Source: Somniosus microcephalus
Lineage: Eukaryota
Reading direction: 5' to 3'
Assembly: GCA_052327205.1 (NCBI GenBank)
Contig: CM126219.1
Coordinates: 22,940,001-23,004,000 of the forward strand
DNA length: 64,000 bases
In this document: one piece after another, positions 38,901 through 51,989 of the stretch
How the letters are laid out: every line of letters begins with the position of its first letter
Position numbering within the stretch: position 1 is the stretch's first letter
Made by a program: the position numbers and the translations under genes
The notes under the pieces: model-generated
Database searches by the model: none
Told to the model about the DNA's origin: nothing
What the model saw: only the letters and a program-made list of their open reading frames with translations

Positions 38901-39479
38901 ATATTACATATTCTTTGAGCTTCAACCAGATGCTAACTATTTTGAGGCAGGAGGAGTCTTTTAGGGCAACATATTTACAATAGCTGAAGCATACGTTAAA
39001 ATTTAAGTCACTGCTCAATCACCAACAGTGCGGCTGACACAGGTTTCTTGAACATGTCTTTTACCTGTAATGCATAAATTGTCCACCGGGATGCCATTAC
39101 AGTACATCAATATCCATGGTGCCAAGTTCAAATCGGCCTCCCAAATGGGAAGGGAGGAGATTTTTAAATTCTATCTGGCTTGATGGAAACTTTGCCAAAA
39201 TTCTCAATTTTGCTACAAGTCTGTCGAGCTCTACAGCCATTTTAATCACAAAACTCAGTATACAGAAGTACCACTTTCCCTGTGTAAATGAACACGAGGC
39301 AATAAAGCAGCTGTTAATTTGAACTTCTTGATGTGTAACAATTTTTTTTATTTTTTATAAACTACTGCAACTTGAAATCAAATTTTAAAAAAACAGGGGA
39401 AAAAAACTGAAGATAGCAAGTCTGTTGACATTTTAAGAGTGAAAAAAAAGGGAAATTTTGTATAGAGACTGTCAGAACT

Positions 39480-39597
39480 AATTCTGATCGGGTCTCACCT
39501 GAAATATGTCATCATGCTCATGCTTTCCACCGCCCCCCCCACCCCCCTTCTCGGACCTGCTGTGTATTTCCAGCATTTTCCGTTTTTATTTCTGGAT
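39480..39597 (+). mobile_element. Degenerate copy of the Penelope-type repeat seen at 40716
   Basis: GACCTGCTGTGTATTTCCAGCATTTTCCGTTTTTATTTCTGGAT matches 40830-40870. CTGATCGGGTCTCACCTGAAA lies upstream. Confidence 0.55.
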
Positions 39598-40631
39598 GCA
39601 AGTCAACCCGATTGACATTGTAACACAGCAGGTGCATCAGAATTCCTCTTTCAATTTGTGCAGACAGGTCAGATAGCCATTCCAGGTGCTCAAAGAAAGG
39701 GGAAGTAAACATTACAGCAAGAACTGAACTGACTGCAGTACAACCCAGTCAAAATAAATCGGATCCATGCTGCCGACAGGTTTCACTCGCTCCGGTTCCG
39801 ATATGGACAAGTGAAGAGCCTACTGGTCCAGACCTGCTTCCTGCCAACAGTCGGGCTTTCAAATAGTAGTTTTAACAAATTTTACTTGGCAACAGTATTT
39901 TCCTGCATACTTACTAAAAAATGGGAAGGAATATTAAACTCCCACTTCCATCAACACTGATTTTAACATGCTGGGTACAAGAGGCAAATTTAACCTGCGC
40001 ACAGTTACATAGAAGAAACTGCTCAGCATGGCAAAAGCAGGTGGCCTTTCCCCCTAATGCACTGCGTTTGGCTGTGGATCGGAGTGGAAAAGTTTATTAC
40101 ACGCTAATCCATTACAGATATCTCTCGAGGCAAATGTACCCAGCTGCTCAATTACACACATTAGAGTACAGGGTGGACATTACAGGCAGAAATCAAGATA
40201 TTAACATATTCAGAGCTTGTGTCATTTAATCTGCATATTTAAGGCTTGCTTTCAAGGACGAGTACTCAAGGAAATGCAGTGACATTTCCCAACATACTGC
40301 GCCTCTTTTGCAAAAGGAGCCCAGAGCTTAACAAGACAGTCACTTCTCAATACTTCACATTTCCCTTCTACTAAACTGGACAGAACTAACCACCCACTTG
40401 CAAAAGGGACTAACGTGGGGATGACACGCAAAGGTTAATTTAAAAGCTGGCGAACTACTTCTAAATCAAACGGCAAGATGTTGGTTTGTAAAATAATGCA
40501 AGTTACATGTACTGAGTGCAGTGAATAAAGCAGACCACCACATTTTAAATTCTGACCCATGGACTAATTGGTTAATGACCATCTTCACACATACACAACT
40601 CAACAAAACATTGATCTGTAGAATCAACATG

Positions 40632-40925
40632 AAAAGACTTGCATTTATATAGCGCTTCGATCAACTTCAGGACATCCCAAAGCGCTTTCTTTACAACCAA
40701 TTAGTACTTTTGAAGGCCAGGCAACATCCGTGGAGAGAAATTAGAGTTGACGTTTCGGGTCGAAACCCTTTTTCAAAAAAGGGTTTCGACCCGAAACATC
40801 AACTCTAATTTCTCTCCACGGATGTTGGCTGGCCTGCTGAGTTTTTCCAGCATTTTCTGTTATTTTGGATTTCCAGCATCTACAGTATTTCGCTATTGTA
40901 CTAGTACTTTTGAAGTGTAGTCATG
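40632..40925 (-). mobile_element. SacSINE1-like tail fragment, interrupted by a hairpin element
   Basis: AAAAGACTTGCATTTATATAGCGC...AGTACTTTTGAAG|TGTAGTCA. Confidence 0.75.
40716..40901 (+). mobile_element. Penelope-like short element with an inverted terminal duplication
   Basis: About 60-bp inverted arms with 2 mismatches, centred at about 40774. 14-bp TSD TAGTACTTTTGAAG at 40702-15 and 40902-15. Confidence 0.7.
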
Positions 40926-43900
40926 TAGGAAGTATTGGGTAGAACCAGCTCCAGAACAGTAAAAGCTCAACATTTAATAAAAATGTCTCAATACATGTCT
41001 TTTAAACGAGGAGCTGTTTAACAGCCGAGTGTAGATCGGTGTTCAGACACTTACAGCAATGATGGCAACGGAAAAGTAAACTATCCACTAGTGTTGCAAC
41101 AATTAAAATGCGATAAGCTACCAGGATTGAATTTTTCACCTGTTAATAGGAAATGAGGTATAGGACCTGCACTAACTCATTCACCCCGAGCACGGCAGCA
41201 TTTGGTGACACCGGCTCGGTAATTTGACATGCCGCTTTCAGTACAGCTGTACAGAGTAGATGTGGCCTGTGAGATATCACCGTGGTAGAAGGTTATGAAG
41301 ATACACAAAGCCACTTTCCTTTGCTCTTCGGGTGCAAAGTGCGTGTGCGTCATAGATACTTATAGAAAGAGGGCACGATCAACATGGCAATAGCTATCTC
41401 AGTTATACATTTCCCCTTCCCCCGAAAACAAAATGAGCCAAAGACCAATAAAAAAGTTATGCATATGGAAAGTCTTAATATTTTGTAAGCCTTTTCTGTG
41501 CATTGGAATCTAGTGCTGGTGCGAATCATCAGAGAAACCCCAATGAATTCCATGTTAAGAGGCATTTCCCTACCAGTTTATAGCATCTGTTTAAAAAAAA
41601 AAAAAAACAGCATTGACGTTTCAAAAAGGTTAAATGGAAAGGCCCAAGATTTCACGGCCACAGATTTCACGGCCACAGGTACCGTCAGAATTTGCTTCTT
41701 GATTCGCTTACAAAATCAAGAACGTTTTTTCTGAATCAGTGGTTTACACTTGTGGCTGCTGCCTCCGCGAAGTTAATCCGAAGATTACAACCCACTCCCC
41801 ACCCCCTCCCAAAAAAAAACCAGTGAATGGACAAGTATCACACCACATAAGCATAATGTGCACTTGCTCTTCAATGAGATTTATTTTGTTACTACATTTA
41901 TCTTAAGTTGATCCCTCACAGTATTAAGAAAATTACTGGCATAATTATGGAACTTGATACGCCAAGCTCAAGTCACAATACAGCATTACTGTATCTACAT
42001 TTGAAACTATCTCCACAACTTATTGCCAAACACAAGTTTAGAAGTATCCTGCTCGACATTTGAAATGCGAAGTAAGCCGCACGTCATGGCCACCATAACA
42101 TTCATCCGCTTGCAGCCCTCGAGGTGAAGTAGCGAGTGCGAATTATGACTTTATTGTAACACACATGTTCCGACATGCATTGTCCAATACTGGACCTTCT
42201 GATATTTGAGGGTGCAGTCATATTTGTGAACCAGTTTCCACCTTACAGCAATGCAAGGGAAACAATACAACTCCAGATTTGGGATTCGATCTCTCTCTCG
42301 GACATGCAGTAGTACAGGACGTTCAGTGATACTCTCTCATCACTTGGGCTCAACTCTTCATGGAATAGAACTCCAATATTGTGGTTTAAAAAAAAAAGAG
42401 TACAACGGGGATGTGGGCATGTGTTATTTAAAAAAAAAAGTCTTTAGAAAACAAGTACTCCCAATCAAAAAACCATTTTAAATTTACCGGCAAGGTGCTG
42501 AACACTACACATTCATAAGAACACAAGTGCAGAGCACTTCTTGGTCTTTAATGCATAATTCCTGGCAGGTACTACAAGCCAGGTGCGGCCAGTCACAAAC
42601 TAAATTCTGGAGCTACGAGTCAAAGACTGAAAGTTTAAAAACACGCCCTACAAGAACTTCCATCAATAGTGTTAGTGCGTCAGGATGCGCAATAGCAGTT
42701 ACAAAGAGATTTAAGCCACATCATTACTATTATGAAAGGAAGAACTAAAGGCACAGAAAGATCCCACTATCTGAAAAGAAGCCGGGGGATTTCGCGGTGT
42801 GCACCGGCCAACGTTAATCCCCTCAACCAACATCTGGGCATTTTTTTCTTTGCAGTACAGGAAACTTTGGTTTATCCGGAGGTTAACTGTCCAGAATGCT
42901 CGATCCACTGGCAAAATTCAGGAGTCGGTTCAGTAAGTTTTTTTTCTTTTCGTTGCTTTTTTTCCCCCCACCAGTCAGGCTCTGCAAGGTCTAGCTAAAG
43001 CTGTTGCTTAGCTACAGAGACGCTTGCAAGCTACGGCCTACTGTTTAGAAGCTGTTGCAACAGGGTTTGTTGCTAGATACCGAGCTCAATGTTTTAACAT
43101 TAGTGCTGGTTTGTCCGACAGTTTTGATGGGACCGAGCTGTTGCCGTCCCATCGGTGCTGGATAGCACAAAGTTTCCTGTACCTTGCTGTGTGCAAATTG
43201 GCTGCTGCGTTTCCTCCCCCGTGCCTGGAGGGTGTGAAAGACGCTATAGAATTGCAATTCTTCTCTTCCTCTCCTTCTCACTTTGCTGAATTATTGGCTC
43301 AACATCTTCAGTACCCTTTATATTCAGATTCCAATGTAAAAAATGCTCAGCTGGTTTTGGGGGACCAGCTGAAACAAAACCTCAGGTGACAAGCTCACCA
43401 GAAGGCCACACGTGTGATCAATATTGAATCTCTAACCTTTTCATGAGCAGTCACTAGAAGGACCCAATGTATCTTTACCCTACGCCAAACAGACAACCCC
43501 CCAGGCCTGGACCATGGAAAGCTGGTATGCAAGGCAGCAGGAACTGTTAAAATGCAGAGGCTAGGCAGTCGGAGCAGTTGCTTTACATTCCTTGATCCCT
43601 TTTAAAAAAAAAACAGCGTAGGAAGAGTCCTGAATTAACAGCCTCAAACAGAATTCTGTTCAAAATTCCAAACTATGGAGTATTTAACACATGAAAATTG
43701 CTTCTACTACAGATAATACTGGTGAAAATTAACTGCAGAAACCAGAGGAGTTGTACCAAAGTTTACATCTCTTCCAGAAAAGATTTGATTGTAGCCACGA
43801 GTCACCACTTCTCGAAGCCCCAAACCCCAGACCTGTGAAAATCCAATGGAGCCCCAAGAATTAAGCGTTGCTTTCAAACTAGAAATTGGAACTCATGGAT

Positions 43901-44034
43901 TTAAATTTCACCTTGCATCAACTTCAAGAAATTGAACTGGTTTTCAAAACACACCACAAAAATTGTGCCAGTCAGTTTATCATGAAGGCACTAACTTATC
44001 GCACTACCTTCTGTCCAACACCGCCTTCAGTGTG

Positions 44035-47000
44035 CCAGTGGAGCCTTCGGTCGCCTGAGGAAGTGTTTGAAGACCAAGTCCTCAAACCCGGCACTAAGCT
44101 AATGGTCTACAGAGCAGCAGCGATACCCGCCCTGCTGTATGACTCAGAGGCATGGACCAGTTCATCCATCTTACGAATAAGGTGGATGAACTGAAGTTGT
44201 TGATGAACACATGGGAATATGATATTGTTGCTATCACAGAGACATGGTTGAGGGAGGGGCAAGACTGGCAGCTCAATATTCCGGGGTATAGAATCTTCAG
44301 GTGAGACGGGGGGGGGGGGGGGGGGGGGGGGGTAAAAGAGGGGGTGTCGCAATATTAATTAAGGAGTCAATTACTGCTGTAAGAAGGGATGATATTAACA
44401 GGTTCCTCTAATGAGGCCATATGGGTAGAACTTAAAAACAAAAAAGGGGGCTAGCACTTTGCTGGGAGTGTACTATAGGCCCCCAAACAGCCAGGGGGAG
44501 ATAGAGGAACAGATATGTAGGCAAATCTCAGAGAAGTGTGCAAATAATAGGGTAATTAGAGTGGGGGATTGCAACTTCCCCAATATTAACTGGGCTAGTC
44601 AGAGTGTGAAAGGCTTAGAGGGTGCAGAATTCTTAAAGTGCATCCAGGAGAGCTTTTTGAGCCAGCATGAAGAAAGTCCTACAAGAGAGGGGGCGGTACT
44701 GGACCTAATTCGAGGGAATGTGGCCGGGCAAGTGGTAGAAGTGTTAGTAGGTGAGCACTTTGGTGACAGTGACCATAATTCGGTGAGATTTAAGGTAGTC
44801 ATGGAAAGGGACAAGGATGGACCGGAAATAAAAGGTTCTAAATTGGGGGAAGGCCGATTTTAATATGATAAGGCAGGATCTGGACAATGTGGACTGGGAT
44901 CAGCTACTTGAAGGAAAATCCACATCGGAGCAATGGGAGTCTTTCAGAAAGGAAATTGAGAGTGTACAATGGCAACATGTTCCCGTAAAGGCCAAGGGTG
45001 GGACCAACAAGCCCAGGGAACCTTGGATGTCAAGGGATATACGAGAATGGGTTAGGAAAAAAGGGGGGCTTTTGGCAGATACAAAAGGACTAAAGACAGA
45101 GGAAGCCCTAGAGGAGTATAAAAAGTGCAGGGGGATACTTAAAAAAGAAATTAGGAGAGCGAGGAGGGGCCATGAAATAACACTGGCGAGCAAAATAAAG
45201 GAAAATCCTAAAGGTGTTTTATAAGTATATTAAGGGCAAGAGGATAACTAGGGAAAGAGTTGGGCCCATAGTGGCAAGCTGTGTGTAGAGCCAGAAGATG
45301 TAGGTGGGGTTTTAAATGAATTTTTTGCATCTGTGTTCACTATGGAGAAGGACAATGTGGACATAGAAAATCGGGCAGGGGGACGGTGATATACTTGAAC
45401 ATATTAGCATCGAGAGGGAGGAGGTACTAGCGGTTTTAGCAGGCTTAAAAGTGGATAAATCCCCAGGCCCAGACGAGATGTATCCCAGGCTACTATGTGA
45501 GGCAAAGGAGGAGATTGCAGGGGCTCTGACACAAATTTTCAGAACCTCTCTGGCCACAGGGGATGTGCCAGAGGACTGGAGAACAGCTAATGTAGTACCA
45601 TTATTCAAGAAGGGTAGTAGGGTTAAACCAGGGAATTACAGGCCAGTGAGCCTAACATCAGTGGTAGGGAAATTATTGGAAAAAATTCTGAGGGACAGAA
45701 TTAGTCTCCACTTGGAGAGGCAAGGATCAATTAGGGATAGCCAGCATGGCTTTGTCAAGATCATGTCTGACCAATTTGATTGAATTTTGAGAGGGGGTGA
45801 CTAGGTGTGTGGATGAGGGTAGTGCAGTGGATGTGGTATACTGGGATTTCAGTAAGGCTTTCGATAAAGTCCCGCATAGGAGACTGGTCAAGAAGGTAAG
45901 AGCCCATGGGATCCAGGGTGCCTTGGCACATTGGATCCAAAACTGGCTTAGTGGCAGAAGGCAGAGGGTGATGGTCGAAGGTTGTTTTTGTGACTGGAAG
46001 CCTGTGTCCAGTGGGGTACCGCAGGGATCGCTGCTGGGTCCCTTGCTGTTTGTGGTCTACATTAATGATTTGGATGTGAATGTAAAAGGTATGATCAGTA
46101 AGTTCGCAGACGACACGAAAATTGGTGGGGTGGTAAATAGCGAGGAGGGAAGCCTCAGGCTACAGGACGATATAGATGGGTTGGTCAGATGGGAGGAACA
46201 GTGGCTAATGGAATTTAACCCTGAAAAAGTGTGAGGTGATGCATTTTGGACGGACCAACAAGGCAAGGGAATACACAATGAATGGCAAGACCTAGGATCA
46301 GAGGGACCTTGGTGTGCAAGTACATAGATCCCTGAAGGCAGCAGAACAAGTGGATAAGGTGGTTAAAAAGGCATATGGGATACTTGCCTTCATTAGCTGA
46401 GACATAGAATATAAGAACAGGGAGGTTATGATGGAGCTGTACAAAACGCTGGCAAGGCCACAGCTGGAGTACTGTGCGCAGTTCTGGTCGCCACACTATA
46501 GGAAGGATGTGATTGCTTTGGAGAGGGTGCAGAGGAGATTCACCAGGATGTTACCTGGGCTGGAGCGCTTCAGCTGTGAAGAAAGACTGGACAGGCTGGG
46601 GTGGTTTTCCTTGGAGCAGAGAAGGCTGAGGGGGGGGACCTGATTGAGGTGTACAAAATTATGAGGGGCATAGATAGGGTAGATAGAAAGGAACTTTTCC
46701 CCTTAGTAGAGGGGTCAATAACAAGGGGGCATAGATTCAAGGTAAGGGGCAGGAGGTTGAGGGGATTTGAGGAAAAACTTTTTCACCCAGAGGGTGGTTA
46801 GAATCTGGAAAACTCTGCCTGAAAGGGTGGTAGAGGCAGGAACCCTCAACATTGAAGAAGCATTTGGATGAGCACTTGAAATGCCATAGCATACAAGGCT
46901 ATGGACCAAATGCTGGAAAATGGGATTAGATTAGACAGGGCTTGATGGCCGGCGCGGACGCGATGGGCCTCTTTCTGTGCTGTATAACTCCATGACTATG

Positions 47001-47580
47001 TACTGCAGGCACCTCAAAGCACTGGAGAGGTACCACCAACGCTGCCTCCGCAAGATTCTGCAAATCCATTGGCAGGATAGGCGCACCAACGTCAGTGTTC
47101 TTGCTCAGGCCAACATCCCCAGCATCAAAGCTTTGACCATGCTCGATCAGCTCCGATGGACGGGTTACATTGTCCGCATGCCCGAGAAGACTCCCAAAAA
47201 AGCGCTCTACTCAGAGCTCCGACACTGCAAGAGAGCCCCAGGTGGGCAGAGGAAACGCTTCAAGGACACCCTCAAAGCCTCCTTGAAAAAGTGCAACATC
47301 CCCACTGACACCTGGGAATCCCTGGCCCAAGACTGCACAAAGTGGAGGAGAAGCATCGGGGAAGGCGCCAAACACCGAGTCACTTCGCCGGGAGCAAGCG
47401 GAAGCTAAGCGCAGGCAGCGCACGTCAACCCAAACACCCCACCCACCCGCCCTTTCAACCACCGTCTGCCCCACCTGTGACAGAGACTATAGGTCCTGCA
47501 TTGGACTAATCAGTCACCTGCGAACTCATTTTTAAATGTGGAAGCAAGTCAACCTTGGTTCCGAGGGACTGCCGAAGAAG
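44035..47580 (+). mobile_element. RTE-clade LINE 3' portion (44035-44157 plus 46996-47580), split by CR1
   Basis: VFEDQVLKPGTKLMVYRAAAIPALLYDSEAWT continues as MYCRHLKALERYHQRCLRKIL after the CR1. Same family as 28015. Confidence 0.9.
44174..46995 (+). mobile_element. CR1 LINE ORF2, near complete and frameshifted
   Basis: GVYYRPP, GDCN, SDH, KSPGPD, NYRPVSLTS, DFSKAFDKV, GVPQGS, KFADDTK, PQLEYCAQFWSP, followed by the 3' tail. Confidence 0.95.
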
Positions 47581-48198
47581 TAGTTCTCGCAGTTTGTCAT
47601 CAGTTGAGTGGGGTTAACCCATTGAAAAATGAAAGCTGCTACTCCAACTTTAAGGCAGAAGTTATAAACTAGGGCTTATGGCTGCTAAGGGATCATCAAA
47701 TTTTTGTACATATTGATGAGCATATTATTCCCATTGATGTAAATTAATTAAAAGCTTTTTGATAGCATTGTTTTTCATTGGGTACATGACACTGCCTTTC
47801 AACAGGCTGAACAGGAGAAGTGTGAATAGTTGCCGGGTACATATACACACACACACCTTAAGGGCTCTTGGCTTCTGTGAGGATAGTAGAATATCTGGTG
47901 ACCAAATGATGTGCCAAATAACTGCCTGAATCCAAGAGGTTAAAGCTTAAAACTAAAGGCTTTTATTAAGTAAGAACATGGCATAGAGTTAACACAAGGC
48001 AGCCATCATTCATCACCGACCCAGCCCTTATGAGCAAGACTCTCACCAATCCAGAGGATCCAGAGGGGCGGGGCTAGGGAGGAGCATTAGTGGTTACATC
48101 TGTAGAACATTCCAGACATTAGCAAGTACAACAACAACAAGACAATACAAATGCCAGAACAGAGTTATTTCATCACACCAAATGAGACTCATTTGATA

Positions 48199-48612
48199 GT
48201 GTCAGCTGGTAGCATGTTCGCCTCGGAGTCAGAAGGCTGTGGGCACAAAACTTTAGCACAGAAAGCGACACAGTGAGTGCTGCACTGTCGGAGGTGCCGT
48301 CTTTTGGATGAGAAGTTAAACCGAGGCCCCGTCTGCTCTCAGGTGCACGTAAAAGATCCCATGGCACTATTTCGAAGAGCAGGGGAGTTATCCCCAGTGC
48401 CCTGACCAATATTTATCCCTCAATCAACTAACAAAAACAGATTATCTGGTCATTATCACACTGCTGTTTGTGGGAGCTTGCTGTGTGCAAATGGGCTGCC
48501 ACGTTTCCCACATTACAACGGTGACTACACTTCAAAAAGTACTTCACTGGCTCTAAAGCGCTTCGAGATGTCCGGTGGTCGTGAAAGGTGCTATATAAAT
48601 GCAAGTCTTTTT
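48199..48612 (+). mobile_element. SacSINE1-like Deu-SINE
   Basis: tRNA-like head remnant, Deu-domain GTTAAACCGAGG...AAAGATCCCATGGCACT, L2-type tail. Confidence 0.9.
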
Positions 48613-49517
48613 TTTAATTTCAACATTTTATTGAAACACCGAGTGACTCAGGTTACAGAGCTAGTCTGCCTCATACAGGTCAATTCATTTTTCATATTCC
48701 TGGCTGTTAAAATTATATAAGTTCATAAAGCTCAAAATTACAACCTCTCACCAAAAGCTTTCAAAGAGATCAAGTTAGGTTAAATAGTCATCTCGGGTCA
48801 CTCCTCTCCCAAAGTGGTCCACAGTTCAGCTGTGACATTAATTAAAAAAAGGACTCAAAACATTTGCAAGATAGAAACTTGTGGCTGCTCAACTTGCAAG
48901 CAAGATACTTTTTTTTTTAAACTCTCCTTAATAAAAAAGGAAAAATCAAACCCACTGTACGCTAAATTGCACGTTTAATTCAGCTGTCCATCCTTCATAA
49001 AGGAGTCGGATATGCAGCAATGAAAACGGAAAATGATGATTTAACAAAACCACTTCAAACACAACGGGAAGGAAGGGAAAAGTGCACCATTTAATTAGTC
49101 TGGTGCCATCTCTGTGACTTGTACCAACCTAAAGCACCACAAACAGTAAGAGTGAAGGTAAAGGCACAGAGTGTATTTTCTTTTTTAAAAAGATACTCTG
49201 CCTGACTGGAAGCATATGGAACATGTATTAAATGAAGAAAGTCTCTTCATACAGTAGCCTTGCTCTAACCCCCAGGTGTGCTTTAAATAGGAACAAGAGT
49301 TGGGCGAGTCAATAACCCATGACTAAGTAAAATGCAAACAAACAGACAGTGTTGGGATGAGTCAAAGCAATCACAGCACAACTATGGAAACAGAAATTCA
49401 GAAGGAAGTGCACAGAATAGGAGGAATTGCATGTGACAACGGTCCAGGATCAGGAATTCAAAGCTCAGAGCAAAGGACTCGGGGAGGGGGGGGGGAAAGA
49501 TTAAATTCTATTTTTTT

Positions 49518-49972
49518 AAAAAGACTTGCATTTATATAGAGCCTTTCACGACCACCGGACAGCTCAAAGCGCTTTACAGCCAATGAAGTATTTTTGAAGT
49601 GTAGTCACTGTTGTAATGTGGGAAACGCAGCAGCCAATTTGCGCACAGCAAGCTCCCACAAACAGCAATGTGATAATGACCAGATTAAGTGATGTTGGTT
49701 GAGGGATAAATATTGGCCAGGACACCGGGGTAACTCCCCTGCTCTTCTTCGAAATAGTGCCATGGGATCTTTTAACGTCCACCTGAGCGCGCTGTCGGGG
49801 CCTCGGTATGTCTCATCCAAAAAGACGGCACCTCCAACAGTGCAGCACTCCCTCAGCACTGCACTGGGAGTTTCAGCTTAGCTTTATGTGCTCAAGTCCC
49901 TGGAGTGAGACTGGAACCCACAACCTTCTGACTCAGAGGCGAGAGTGCTACCCACTGAGCCACAGCTGACAC
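49518..49972 (-). mobile_element. SacSINE1-like Deu-SINE, full length
   Basis: Reverse-complement match to 58654-59117, including the A box (TGGCTCAGTGG) and B box region. Confidence 0.92.
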
Positions 49973-50526
49973 TGAAAGGTTGGAAACAATCCCTCATATT
50001 AAATCTGCCAACATTCGACACAAGATGTTTTAACAATTTTTTTTTTTTTTTTTAAATTAGCGCTGATGTAATAAAACTCACTACACACTTGGTTTAAGTA
50101 TAAAGCAAGGCTTTAATCAACTTGTTTCAGAACATGGAGGTCTAGTTGTACTTCACTAGTTCCTGGTCTTACAAAATGTCCCTGGAAAGCTGGGCCCATG
50201 CCCGAGTATTTATACTCCTTGGATGGCGCCACCAGCTGGCTGTCCAGCGTTATTTCATGAGTAGTTTCTTGAGATTTATAACAAGCGCTTCAGAAGTTTC
50301 TCAAGAGTCTTATCTGGCACAGCTCTTAAACAATAGACGCACATAGCAAGTGGAAAAAAGCAATAAAAAGTTTATGAAGCTCAATGAGGAATTCATGGCT
50401 CATGTAGCTTCCGAACTGCTCCCCAATGCCACTGGTATCTGTATTATAATCACCTCATTAGCAACTGATGTGTGTACACGTTTTCTCTGTTGTACCATCT
50501 CATGCTTCAAAGCTTTTTTTTTATAT

Positions 50527-50841
50527 AACCACTTTTATCGTTCACTATCGTTACACTATGGTTATCACTGTTATATCGTTACACTATGGTTATCACTGTT
50601 TACACTGTTGTATCACTACACGAGGTCGCCTCTTGTCACGCTGTTATACCTGGGCTGACCACTGCTGACTCCGCCCATGGCTCCACCTACTTGCCCAGGT
50701 ATAAAAGTGGTCGACTGGCTGGTATTCCTCCTTGTTGGATCCGATCACCCACGAGGGTGGGCTCTGTTATTTAGCCAATAAAAACCTATAGTTACTTTCT
50801 TAACTCGTCGCTTTTCATTGGATGAATTGATAGGTATATCA
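50527..50841 (+). repeat. 5' LTR (lacks the first 7 nt, TGTGGTA)
   Basis: Direct repeat of 54829-55143. TATAAAA at 50700, AATAAA at 50777, ends TATCA. Confidence 0.95.
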
Positions 50842-50864
50842 ATTTTATTGGCTAAATTTTAAAA

Positions 50865-51725
50865 ATGTCTAACGAACCGTCAGACCAGTCAGACACCCAG
50901 CTACAACAGCCACAGCAGCCGGCCTGGCTGCGAGCCCTCCAACCGCCGTACCTGGATCTAAACCCACAGGCAGCAAACTCAGCCCTCGACTTCAAACACT
51001 GGCTGAGCTGTTTCGAATCCTACCTGGGAGAATCCGGCGTGCCTCAGAGATCCAAACTAAGAGTGCTGACCACCCAAGTGAGCCCTAAAGTATTCGCACT
51101 CATACAGGACCTTACTACATACGAGGCTGCCATCAACCTGCTGAAACAGCAGTACCGGAGCCCGGTAAATTCTATGTATGCCAGACACCTCCTAAGATCC
51201 CGCCCGCAACAGCCAGGAGAGTCTGTAGATGAATTTTTACGGGCGCTACAAACACTCGGCAGGGACTGTGACTTTAAAGCGGTAACGGCTGCAGAAAATA
51301 CTGAAGAGAATATCCGCGATGCCTTCGTGAAAGGCCTTCGGTCCGACTACTCACGGCAAAGACTGCTAGAATCAAAGGACCTCGACCTGAACACAGCTGC
51401 AGCCCTCGCCCGCTCCCTGGAAGTGGCCCATCGGGACCTCGAGGCATATTCCAGGTACTGTACTGCGCGACCCTGGGGCTCCGGCCCGACCCCAGCCGCA
51501 ATACCCCTCGCAACGCCGCCTCCGGGACCTACCTCAGCGTCGGTGTCCCAGAACTGATCGGGACCGCCACCCCCGGTACCGGCTGCAACATCGGACCCCC
51601 GCGATCGGGCCGCCGGCTGCTTCTTCTGTGGCCAGGCGAAACACCCGAGGATGCGCTGCCCTGCGAGAAACGCGACTTGCGCCCATTGCCAGAAGAAAGG
51701 CCACTTCGCTAAGGCCTGCAGGGGG
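50865..51725 (+). pseudogene. Gypsy gag with one in-frame stop (51555-57) before two CCHC zinc knuckles
   Basis: 230-aa ORF (ARHLL..R.QQPGESVDEFL..L...IRDAFVKGL). It continues in frame past TGA to CFFCGQAKHPRMRC and CAHCQKKGHFAKAC. Confidence 0.88.
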
Positions 51726-51989
51726 AGAGCCACAGACGCCAGCAGTGCCTCATGCGAATTGTGGGGGCGGCCATCTTTCATCCAGGCCACAGATGCCAGT
51801 ATCCTCGTGTGAGTCGTGGGGGCGGCCATCTTTGATCAAGGCGACCGACACCAGCAATGCCTCGTGAGTTGTGGGGGCAGCCATCTTATTTAACCTCGTG
51901 GGCGCCGCCATTTTGTCCACCACAGTCGACCGCCACCTTGTCGCCAGACCCGACCACCGCCTCACCCGCAGACTACAGCAGCTCGCTCA

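Noticed and set aside
41648-41678. 15-bp tandem duplication AGATTTCACGGCCAC
   Set aside because: An ordinary slippage duplication with no further structure.
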